DNA of 64,000 nt from a virus. A program made the position numbers and the translations under genes. The stretch is taken from positions 4,189 to 68,188 of the IMG/VR virus record IMGVR_UViG_3300033143_002694; one strand, given 5' to 3'. How positions within the stretch are numbered: the stretch's first letter is position 1; every line of letters begins with the position of its first letter. The notes under the pieces are model-generated. The model saw only the letters and a program-made list of their open reading frames with translations, ran no database searches and was not told the origin of the DNA. Shown here piece after piece: positions 20,114 to 29,060 of this stretch.

Positions 20114-20719
20114 ATGGATTTTTCATCTATGGAATTATCGGCAAGGCAAACACTCGATGACAATTCAACATCAGATCGATTATGGTCTCAGTTGGAATTA
20201 CTTGAGTATGCTCAGGATGCTGAGAACGAAGCTTGTGAAAGAGCCGACCTTATAATTGACACAGAGAGCAGCCTCACAAATATTACTATAATTGCCTCAA
20301 CAGGTACATACGGAATAGCTTCAACCGTGATTTCTGTAAGATCGGCCATGCTATCTACCGGGACAGAGCCTTTAATGGAAACTTCAGAGAAAGTTTTAGA
20401 TTTAAGTGTCTCAGGATGGCGCACAGTAACCGGAACGCCACGAAGCTATGTCATGACCCCAACTAACAAGATCATCCTCTACCCGATGCCCTCAGCGGTC
20501 TCTGTATTGAATATGACTGTATCGAGGTTTCCTAACACTCCGATGACGTTAACCGGAAGCCCGGAAGTAGATTCGAGGTATCATCAAGGGTTGGTTTTGT
20601 GGATGTGCTACAGGGCGTATCTAAAGAATGATTCCGAAACGCTGAATACTGATAAAGCAGCAGATTACCTAAAACTATTTGAAAAATACTTTGGTCCTAA
20701 GAGGATACTAAACGATTAA
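20114..20719 (+). CDS. Head-tail adaptor candidate (second)
   Basis: R..LDD..WS..ELL.Y..A..E, GTP.SY, LYPMP, H..LV.W..YRAY.K. Confidence 0.7.
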   Translation: MDFSSMELSARQTLDDNSTSDRLWSQLELLEYAQDAENEACERADLIIDTESSLTNITIIASTGTYGIASTVISVRSAMLSTGTEPLMETSEKVLDLSVSGWRTVTGTPRSYVMTPTNKIILYPMPSAVSVLNMTVSRFPNTPMTLTGSPEVDSRYHQGLVLWMCYRAYLKNDSETLNTDKAADYLKLFEKYFGPKRILND

Positions 20720-20732
20720 CAGGAGGCAAGCG

Positions 20733-21488
20733 ATGTTTATAGAAAATGATTTTGATTTAGAAGTGGCAAGAGGTAGAGTTGGTAAAGTAGAGACCGTGAC
20801 TCAGTTTGGTAAGAATATGGATGTTGATGTTGGGGCAGCGGAAGATATATGGAACGAAGGCGGCTTGTATACAGGATTCCCTGCAGTAGCCGAACAGATG
20901 GAGATCTTCTCTGGTGACACGTCATCGGCAGATTCCGCAAGTGGTACTGGTGCGAGGACGGTTAGAATAAGTAAATTACTGAATGCAGGATATCAAGAGA
21001 TGCCAGACGTGATTGTATCTTTGGATGGAACAACTGCGGTGTCTCTAGGTTCTATAGAATATCTCAGGGGGGCAGGTATGGACGTGGTTACTGCAGGTTC
21101 AGGGGGGACTAATGCAGGGAGCTTGACCTTGCGACACGTAACGACTACTGCGAATATATTTGCAGTAGTACCTATTGGTAGGAATAGTTCGAATGCTATG
21201 GTAATGACTGTTCCTGATGGTAAAAATTTCTATATAAAGTCTGTGAGTCTGGGCATGGTAGTTCCGTTCGGGTCTACCGGTTGGGTTGATATCGCATTAT
21301 TACACAGACCTGAAGGCGAAGTTTGGCGGTTATTAAAGTATCCCGGGTTTGGAGTTGGAAATATTCAATATTCAGGCGAGTATGTCAAGATAGATGGACG
21401 GTCTGATATCAAGGGCCATGTATTTTCAATTTCGAATAGTGATGCTATTGTATCTGCAAGTATTTCAGGAAAAATGGTTGATGACTAA
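20733..21488 (+). CDS. Virion protein, paralogue of 26775..27764
   Basis: LEVARGRV..FG.N..IW..GG; GTGART; TVPDGK. Confidence 0.6.
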   Translation: MFIENDFDLEVARGRVGKVETVTQFGKNMDVDVGAAEDIWNEGGLYTGFPAVAEQMEIFSGDTSSADSASGTGARTVRISKLLNAGYQEMPDVIVSLDGTTAVSLGSIEYLRGAGMDVVTAGSGGTNAGSLTLRHVTTTANIFAVVPIGRNSSNAMVMTVPDGKNFYIKSVSLGMVVPFGSTGWVDIALLHRPEGEVWRLLKYPGFGVGNIQYSGEYVKIDGRSDIKGHVFSISNSDAIVSASISGKMVDD

Positions 21489-22408
21489 TGGCAAGAAATA
21501 TAGATATAAATACCCCGGAGATACCCTTTAAGAATTTCAAAGGTATCAATAATGTTGCTGATGCTAACAACCTTGAGGTTGAAGAGTTATCAGAGGCTGA
21601 GAATGTGGACATTGACAATGAAGGAAAGGTGAAGAGGCGATATGGGTATACGAGGGTATTTACTCCTTCCGATAAAATGCATAGCCTTTGGAGTAATGAT
21701 CGTATCTGTCTATTTGTGGACGGAACTACTCTAAAGAGATTGTGGGCAGATTATAGTTCTACGACAATAAGGACTGACTGTGGAAACCATCCAATGAGTT
21801 TTGTAGATGTCAACGAGAATGTTTATTATTCAAACGCCACGGTTAATGGGTATATCGATTCAACTGGTGCTGACAACCAGTACGCTACTCCTTCTGATAA
21901 TTATAAAGAGGCCACGAAGGTAGGTCAGCACATTGAGTATTATAACGGCAGACTTTTCATTGCCAAGAACGAAACCATTTGGTACACTGACGCATATAAC
22001 TATGGTGTTATTGATATGAGAACTAATGCCATGAAGATGAAGGACGAAGTTACCATGATGAAAGCAGTGGATGACGGGTTGTACATATCCATTGGTGATA
22101 TAAATGACAGGAGCTCAGTATTGTTTCTGGCAGGGAGTACTCCGGAAGACATGCAGTCAAGAGAGGTTGCACACTACGGAGCTATCGAAGGTACTGCAGT
22201 GAAGACAAAATCTGCTTATGTCGGTGATGGAAACGTAGGCAAGAAAGTAATTTGGACTTCACGCAAAGGAATCTGTCTTGGAGAGAACGGTGGAAGGTTA
22301 ACCAATTTAACAGCAACTAAATACGAAGTGGCTCAGAATCGTTATGGTTCCGGTCAATTTAAAATCACAGATGGTGTACCTCAGTATATCGCATCTCTGT
22401 GGACATAA
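21488..22408 (+). CDS. Tail/nozzle (stabilisation-type) beta-propeller protein candidate
   Basis: FKGINNV..AENVDID..G.VKRR.GY typical of podovirus tail tube/nozzle N-termini. Confidence 0.6.
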   Translation: MARNIDINTPEIPFKNFKGINNVADANNLEVEELSEAENVDIDNEGKVKRRYGYTRVFTPSDKMHSLWSNDRICLFVDGTTLKRLWADYSSTTIRTDCGNHPMSFVDVNENVYYSNATVNGYIDSTGADNQYATPSDNYKEATKVGQHIEYYNGRLFIAKNETIWYTDAYNYGVIDMRTNAMKMKDEVTMMKAVDDGLYISIGDINDRSSVLFLAGSTPEDMQSREVAHYGAIEGTAVKTKSAYVGDGNVGKKVIWTSRKGICLGENGGRLTNLTATKYEVAQNRYGSGQFKITDGVPQYIASLWT

Positions 22409-22569
22409 GCAACAAAGAGAATAATGCTATTTAGCAATTTGACTCTGACTCCCTAAATACTAATTTAGTTTCAATTAGTACCTAATTAGTACTTAGACCA
22501 GAACTCCCGAATACGCTAGAGGTGATGAATTAATTTATTTTAATACCTTTACTATTTAAGGAGAGAGTT

Positions 22570-23013
22570 ATGACTTTAAGTCTAAGTACAGGGCTCCGTC
22601 AAGGAATCCTACACACCGCAGGTCTGAATACGTTACTTGCTGCAGGAGAGATCCACATTTGGTCTGGTTCTGCACCATCTTCGGCTGACGACACCGCAAC
22701 TGGAACATTGCTTGTGACAATAAACACGGTTACAGGTAGTGGCTTCAATCTACATTTCTTAAACACAGCAGTCGCAGGAGTACTATCTAAGTCAGCAAAT
22801 ACTTGGGATGGTGTCGCTGTAGCTACTGGAACGGCAGGATACTTTAGGTATTGTGCGAGTACATCTGATGCTAACGGAACAAGTACTTCTGAAGTTCGTA
22901 TACAAGGTGCCGTATCCACATCTGGTGCAGAATTGAATATGAGTTCGACTTCAATTACGTCTGCAGCTACGACAACGATTGATACGTTCGACATCACTAT
23001 GCCTGCTGCGTAA
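22570..23013 (+). CDS. Ser/Thr/Ala-rich structural protein
   Basis: IWSGSAPSSAD..TGTLL, GTAGYFR, RIQG; strong SD. Confidence 0.7.
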   Translation: MTLSLSTGLRQGILHTAGLNTLLAAGEIHIWSGSAPSSADDTATGTLLVTINTVTGSGFNLHFLNTAVAGVLSKSANTWDGVAVATGTAGYFRYCASTSDANGTSTSEVRIQGAVSTSGAELNMSSTSITSAATTTIDTFDITMPAA

Positions 23014-23116
23014 GGTTAATTTGAATCTCTGGACATGAACTTTGATGCCCCACATCATTGTTGTTCCCCCTTAGAAGGAGATTCTAATCGGCTTTCGTTT
23101 GCAGGTTTTTATTCGA

Positions 23117-23161
23117 GGGCTGATAGTGTCGGCATATGCTGATGCTGTCGGCCCTTTTTTT
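23117..23161 (+). terminator. Rho-independent terminator
   Basis: GGGCTGATAGTGTCGGCA / TGCTGATGCTGTCGGCCC + T7. Confidence 0.75.
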
Positions 23162-23177
23162 ATAGGGGAATATCAAC

Positions 23178-24437
23178 GTGAGGAATATAAATATACAATC
23201 AGGGAACGGAGTGATTTTGTCTGGAGACAGGCAGAGGGCAGCGACGTATTATAAGATAGCAAAGAGACGCATGTTTGAGATGAAGCAAATGATGAGGATG
23301 GGTAATCTTCAATATATGAAGAAGGTGCATTATTTGGACCGAGATTGTGTGTGGGTGCATCTAACTTCTATAGACGGTGCGGATTTCATCAGAATACATT
23401 CTTGCTCAGAAGGTTGTAAGTGTAGTATATCACTTACGGTAGATGATGAACTGGTAGTTTATAGGGCTGAAGGAGACAATGAATTAGGTGAAGCACTGGT
23501 TGACTTGGTTCCAAAGTGTTTTGAGCCAGAACGCGATTTCGGTAACGGTAAAGTCCAAGCAGCGAGGGTATTTATTGATTGGGGTGATGGCACTGTGACC
23601 CTTTCAGGTACTGCAGGAGAGCAAACACGGACCCATACGTATTGGGCATCCGGAGTGTATGATATAAGCGCAATAGCCATACCAACATTTAACAAAGATG
23701 ATACAAACGCTAGTCATACAGTACCAATTGTCAGTGTGCAGACTTTCGGAAGACACAGTGCTTACCATCCGTGGATGGGTGCTTTAGCACCAGATAGAGA
23801 TGAAGATACTGTGAATGCAGAAGCACATGCTGATTGTGTCGGGCAAGGGTGGGCAACTACAAGTCTTGGGAATGGTGTGTATATGGAGCAAAGATGTTCG
23901 TCTCAAATAGGTGCGGGATGGGATAACCCAGAAGGTAGTTGGGGTTTTTATGGATATCAATACACACAGAAATATTCAATCCTCACGTATAGTATAGATG
24001 AAATATTAAGTGGCGAAAATATACTTGCATGGGTAGGTGGTGGGTGTTTCCATCCTAGAACAACTGCCTATCAAGGTGCCAGAATGGACCCTGATGTTTT
24101 ATACGAAAGACGGAACAAGCCTCATAATAAATTAAAGTGGACAATTAATGGTCAGGTGTTTCTTCCGCAATTCGCTGATTCTAAAAACGGTTCACTGTTT
24201 GGGGTGTGGGTGACCGACTTATTTAAAGCACTTAAGGCAAGTGGAAGTGGAACATTTTCAATAACAGTAGGTAGTTTCGATGACTTTGCAGGTTTGTCAC
24301 CAACGCCATTGCACCTTACGCCACAAGCGGGAATAGCAGATCAAGGATATTGGTCGACCCGACCAAACTTTCCGCAATCATCAGCGTATACATGTAAAGC
24401 AACGGCATCAAAGCAAGGGCTTGTAACTATAATTTAA
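23178..24437 (+). CDS. Tail-associated protein with PKD/Ig-like domain
   Basis: IDWGDGT...THTY...GVYDI. Confidence 0.65.
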   Translation: MRNINIQSGNGVILSGDRQRAATYYKIAKRRMFEMKQMMRMGNLQYMKKVHYLDRDCVWVHLTSIDGADFIRIHSCSEGCKCSISLTVDDELVVYRAEGDNELGEALVDLVPKCFEPERDFGNGKVQAARVFIDWGDGTVTLSGTAGEQTRTHTYWASGVYDISAIAIPTFNKDDTNASHTVPIVSVQTFGRHSAYHPWMGALAPDRDEDTVNAEAHADCVGQGWATTSLGNGVYMEQRCSSQIGAGWDNPEGSWGFYGYQYTQKYSILTYSIDEILSGENILAWVGGGCFHPRTTAYQGARMDPDVLYERRNKPHNKLKWTINGQVFLPQFADSKNGSLFGVWVTDLFKALKASGSGTFSITVGSFDDFAGLSPTPLHLTPQAGIADQGYWSTRPNFPQSSAYTCKATASKQGLVTII

Positions 24438-24447
24438 AGGAGGTATA

Positions 24448-26763
24448 ATGGCTGATATAATATGGAGTGACTTTACCGGTAGTAAATTGGTAGTACAGTC
24501 TGGTGAGTTTACAGCCACAATCAAGACAAGTATAGATGTCTCTAGCGTTGATACACAACCCCATGGACAGACATATGACCTTGTAAACACTCCATGGTGT
24601 GGAATACAAGCACGTAAGTTATACCTCCAATCAGGGCAATACACTTCTACGTTAAAAACAAGTGAGGATGTAAGTGCTATAGAGTCAGGCATAACAGGTA
24701 TGTCGTATGACTGGCAGAACACCCCATGGATAGGGCAAAATGGCGATAAGCTGTACTTGACATCTGGACAATTTTCCTCAACGCTAAAGGACAGTACGAC
24801 TACTACTACATGGGACAGCGTACCAAGAGGTGTCTCGTTTGACGGTGATAATACACCATGGGGTGCCACTACAGCCGATAAGTTAATGCTGCAGTCTGGT
24901 CAATTTACTACCACGCTTAAAACCAGTGAGTATATTGGCGGTGTAGATTCACAGCCATACGGCATTTCATGGAACGGAACGGATACTCTTTGGTCGGGAA
25001 TTACTGCCCAAAAAGTATATCTCCAGTCAGGACAATTCACATCAACACTAAAGAATTCTCAGGCAACTAGCGCAAATGCCGTATCGGTAGATACAACTGA
25101 TTATAACAGTAGAATGGGTATTGTAACAGCTTCCTTAACAGATGTTATTTGGTCTGCCCCCGGAATTGACAAGCTAATGCTGCAGTCTGGCAAGTTCTCG
25201 TCTACAATAAAAACCAGTAAGTTGGTTACAGGTATCGATACTGATATAACAGGTATTTCGTGGGACGGTACCAATACCCCATGGGTAGGTGGGCAGGCTG
25301 ATAAGCTGTACTTGACATCAGGTTTGTTCACGGCAACAATAAAGACCAGTGAAAGTGTTGGCGGTGTAGATACGCAACCAACCGATATATCATGGGACGG
25401 TACAAATACCCCATGGTGCGGACAGACAGCAGACAAGTTGTATTTACAATCAGGTCAGTTCACATCAACGACAAAGACCAGTGAAAGTGTTGGCGGTGTA
25501 GATTTAGTTCCAATGGGTATCACGTGGGACGGTACAAATACCCCATGGACAGGTGTGATCGGTCAGAAGTTATACCTAACGTCAGGTCAATTTACATCAA
25601 CATTAAAAGATAGTTTGGCCGCTGTAGATGCATCAAGTAATGGTATATCGTTTGACGGAACCGACACTCCATGGATAGGTGCGTTTTACGATAAGCTATA
25701 TTTGCAGTCTGGCCAGTTTACTTCTACAGTAAAAACCAGTCAATCTATTGTTGCGGTAGAAAACTATTCCAGCGGTATAGATGTAGTTGATTATGCTTCA
25801 AGAGTCCCGTCTCCCGATGTTACAGGCGATGGGGTTATTGGCTTGCCAATGCTGTTTGGTTTCACGAATAACACTATCTCGTTACCTTCGCTTTCAGTTC
25901 AGGCAGGTAGTGGTGCGACAGGCGCAGTTACATTGGCACTTCCAACAGTGCTTTCATATACGGCTGCAGCAGGTGCATTTTCTTTCCCTTCATTGGGGGT
26001 GACATCATCTGGTACTCCTGCTGATAGTACAGGTGCGGTCACACTGCCAATTCTCACAGTAGTAGGAACGGTAATAGTGATAACGGGAGATGGTGCTTTT
26101 GATTTACCAGTACTAACAGTGGATTCTGCAGCTTCGATTCCGGGTGGGTATGTTGATTTTCCTGCGATGACATTAAATGCGATAGCATTCGCAAATGAGG
26201 CAAGTGTAACTCTGCCAATATTCACAGTTGATTCAAAAGCGGATATGCCACGTGCGGTTGGTAATATAACATTGCCGAGATTTACATTCTACACGGTAGG
26301 AGAACAAGGCTCTGTTGAGAACTTAGACCTGACACTGCCAATGATGACACTGAACGCATATAGTGGGCATGTAGTGGCTTTAGACTTCCCTAGATTTGTA
26401 TTAACTGCATCTGGTGGCAATGGTTTTGTTGGTATGTTCAGTAATAGCCTGTCAAGGTTGACGGTAAATGTTAAAGCAGGTCAAGAGAATATAGCAACAT
26501 TCACTAATTCCTTACCACAATTTAGCTTGGTCTTCTCAGGATTGCAGGGTATAGTATCAACATCAGTTGGGAATAGAACGCTTCCAATGTTTGGTATCAA
26601 TGCTCATATATTTAGAGGTGAGAACGGAAATGCCTCAATTACTCTGCCTGTTTTATCATTAGTAACCAGTACGTCTGTGGACCCGAATGGAACATTGTCC
26701 CAATCACTGTTCATGCTTACGCTTGATGCGTATGCTGACGTTTATACCAATAGATTTATTTAA
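24448..26763 (+). CDS. Repeat protein: 10 x 44-aa blades (2 x 5) + LP-repeat stalk; probable tail/adhesion protein
   Basis: Repeat TPWxGxxxxKLYLxSGQFTSTxKxS...GISWDGTN counted 10 times. Confidence 0.75.
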   Translation: MADIIWSDFTGSKLVVQSGEFTATIKTSIDVSSVDTQPHGQTYDLVNTPWCGIQARKLYLQSGQYTSTLKTSEDVSAIESGITGMSYDWQNTPWIGQNGDKLYLTSGQFSSTLKDSTTTTTWDSVPRGVSFDGDNTPWGATTADKLMLQSGQFTTTLKTSEYIGGVDSQPYGISWNGTDTLWSGITAQKVYLQSGQFTSTLKNSQATSANAVSVDTTDYNSRMGIVTASLTDVIWSAPGIDKLMLQSGKFSSTIKTSKLVTGIDTDITGISWDGTNTPWVGGQADKLYLTSGLFTATIKTSESVGGVDTQPTDISWDGTNTPWCGQTADKLYLQSGQFTSTTKTSESVGGVDLVPMGITWDGTNTPWTGVIGQKLYLTSGQFTSTLKDSLAAVDASSNGISFDGTDTPWIGAFYDKLYLQSGQFTSTVKTSQSIVAVENYSSGIDVVDYASRVPSPDVTGDGVIGLPMLFGFTNNTISLPSLSVQAGSGATGAVTLALPTVLSYTAAAGAFSFPSLGVTSSGTPADSTGAVTLPILTVVGTVIVITGDGAFDLPVLTVDSAASIPGGYVDFPAMTLNAIAFANEASVTLPIFTVDSKADMPRAVGNITLPRFTFYTVGEQGSVENLDLTLPMMTLNAYSGHVVALDFPRFVLTASGGNGFVGMFSNSLSRLTVNVKAGQENIATFTNSLPQFSLVFSGLQGIVSTSVGNRTLPMFGINAHIFRGENGNASITLPVLSLVTSTSVDPNGTLSQSLFMLTLDAYADVYTNRFI

Positions 26764-26774
26764 GGAGAAGTAGG

Positions 26775-27764
26775 GTGATTAATATGGACATGTTAATAGA
26801 GATATCATTGGGCAGGGTTCCTAAGATGGAACATATTGAGAAGTATGGTCAGACTACCGGACTAGCGAGCACATCTGTACCTGCTCCTATTTGGGATGGT
26901 GACGGAGTTTGGATTCCACCCACTGCTCCAAGGAAACACGACATAAGCTCTTCTTCAACACAGGACAAAGGGAGCTTGGTGTCTACGGGCATTATAACAG
27001 AAACAAGTAGGTTGGAAATAATTGATGAAACCGCAACATTTTCTTCTGATGGTGTCAGTGCCGGAGATGCCGTAATTAATGACAATAATCATGAACATAG
27101 CATAGTTACTTCGGTTGAGTCAGAAACAAAACTGATAATGCTCCCGACCAGACATAATAAGTTTTTTAATACTGGTGATACTTATAGAGTGGTAACTCCA
27201 TTAGGAACCGGAGCATCCGTTGCTCATTGGTTCGGTTTGGATAGCATCATGGGGGAACAAGAAGAATTTGTTATACTGGATGGAACAACTTCCGTTTCGA
27301 CAGTGAGTGATTACTGGAGAGTCCATAGAGGACATATAGACGGTGCGGCTGATAGGGACAATACGAATATCGGAGTGATAGATGCTACTGCACAAACAGA
27401 TGGAACGGTAACTGCTAGGATTAAAGAAGGAAAAGGGTCCACGCTGATGGCTATCTATACGGTTCCTAGAGGAAAGAGAGCACTAATGACTGCATGGGAA
27501 GGTAGTTTAAATCAAAAGGGAGGCGGTACCGCATTGGCATCTTTGGCATTAAAAGAATATCCATTTGCCTCAGTCGGTAAGGCAGGTAATAGGTTGGAAC
27601 ATGTCATGGGTCTTAGTGAAGCAGGGGTTAATAATAATCGCCATCCATTCTTACCATTCAAATTATTCGAAGCCGAAACAGATATAATGGTTACGGTAGA
27701 TACCGTGTCGGCAAGCAACACAAATATTACAGGTGGATTCGATCTGATTTTAGTGGATCATTAA
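26775..27764 (+). CDS. Virion protein, paralogue of 20733..21488
   Basis: IEISLGRV..YG..IWDGDG; GTGA; LDGTT.V; YTVPRGK. Confidence 0.6.
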   Translation: MINMDMLIEISLGRVPKMEHIEKYGQTTGLASTSVPAPIWDGDGVWIPPTAPRKHDISSSSTQDKGSLVSTGIITETSRLEIIDETATFSSDGVSAGDAVINDNNHEHSIVTSVESETKLIMLPTRHNKFFNTGDTYRVVTPLGTGASVAHWFGLDSIMGEQEEFVILDGTTSVSTVSDYWRVHRGHIDGAADRDNTNIGVIDATAQTDGTVTARIKEGKGSTLMAIYTVPRGKRALMTAWEGSLNQKGGGTALASLALKEYPFASVGKAGNRLEHVMGLSEAGVNNNRHPFLPFKLFEAETDIMVTVDTVSASNTNITGGFDLILVDH

Positions 27765-27785
27765 TTTTAAATAAGGAGAAATACG

Positions 27786-28340
27786 ATGGCAAGGAATTTG
27801 GTAGCACTAAGGTTTTGCGCAGGGATTCACACAGAGGACAAAGGTGGTCACAAAATAGGACACGCAAAGTATCCTGAGTTCAACAAGGTAAGTAACGTGG
27901 CAAGGAAGGGCATGGACTGGTGCTCTTATATTGATGCCTTTGGTATCGGAATGCAGTATGACAAAAACTGTGGTCACAAGGAAGAGGGAGATACTCCATT
28001 CGGTGAGCAGTGTTGTGTCGTAGCTGTTGAGGAAGCTTTTGCTGATGAAGCGGTTCTGCTATTTCCGGGGGTTGTTACAGAGATGACTGCCGCTGAGTTC
28101 GAAGCATTCTATAACGACAAGGCTCACGCACACGAAGCTGTAGAGAGCGTAGACAAGGACGTGATTGATGCTATTGCTCAGAAGGAAGCACTTGGATTGC
28201 CAGTTCCTGAAAAGGCAGACGCGGTTGATGTTACCACGGAGACAAGAGGTATCAGGAAGAATCACAACAAGTTTTGGGCTGACAAGAAAGTAAAGTCCGG
28301 AGTTAATGTGTTGGACAGAAAAGCACTTAAAATAGTTTAA
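27786..28340 (+). CDS. Hypothetical protein
   Basis: AAGGAG SD; 184-aa ORF. Confidence 0.7.
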   Translation: MARNLVALRFCAGIHTEDKGGHKIGHAKYPEFNKVSNVARKGMDWCSYIDAFGIGMQYDKNCGHKEEGDTPFGEQCCVVAVEEAFADEAVLLFPGVVTEMTAAEFEAFYNDKAHAHEAVESVDKDVIDAIAQKEALGLPVPEKADAVDVTTETRGIRKNHNKFWADKKVKSGVNVLDRKALKIV

Positions 28341-28415
28341 CTAGTCGGGGAGGGAGTGCATATGGAAGTAGTTTAACCCTGTCTCCTTCCCCACCATATT
28401 TTATTGGGGAATAAA

Positions 28416-29060
28416 ATGAAAATACTCGTTACAGTACCGAACACATCATACGTACATAAGTTAGTCAGTTTAGCAACAAACAGGATTTTAACAGACAGTA
28501 GGCATCAAAGTAGAATTATTTATCCAACACACAATCCGTATGAAAACAACCTTCACCACATAGTGAATGAGTTCATGGAAAGTGATTGTGATTTCTGGTT
28601 AAATATAGATTCAGATAATCCACCGTTCAATAACCCATTGGACCTAGTAAATTTCAATCTTGACATTATAGGACTACCAACACCAGTGTGGCACTTTACC
28701 GACAAGGTTAAGGGAGAGCGGCCTATATATGAAAACGCATATAAGTATGTAGAAAAAGAAAAAGCATACACAGAGTGGCCAGATAAAGTAGGCTTGCAAA
28801 AAGTAGATGCTGTTGGAACTGGATGTGTGCTTTATGCACGAAGAGTATTTGAGAATCCGGAAATGAGAAAAGCTCCGTTCCAGAGAATATGGAATGAAGA
28901 CGGTACTGTAGAAAGAGGAAACGATATAGCGTTTTGTGAGAGAGCTAAGAAGCAAGGGTTTACAATCTTTGCTCATTACGATTACAGATGCATGCATTTT
29001 AATGACCTTGAATTACATGAAGTTGCAAGAGCAATGCATGGAGTATATAAAGGAGACTAG
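28416..29060 (+). CDS. GT-A fold (GT2-like) glycosyltransferase inside tail module
   Basis: KILVTVP, LNIDSD, VDAVGTGCVL..R.VFE, GNDIAFC..A...GF, CMH. Confidence 0.8.
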   Translation: MKILVTVPNTSYVHKLVSLATNRILTDSRHQSRIIYPTHNPYENNLHHIVNEFMESDCDFWLNIDSDNPPFNNPLDLVNFNLDIIGLPTPVWHFTDKVKGERPIYENAYKYVEKEKAYTEWPDKVGLQKVDAVGTGCVLYARRVFENPEMRKAPFQRIWNEDGTVERGNDIAFCERAKKQGFTIFAHYDYRCMHFNDLELHEVARAMHGVYKGD

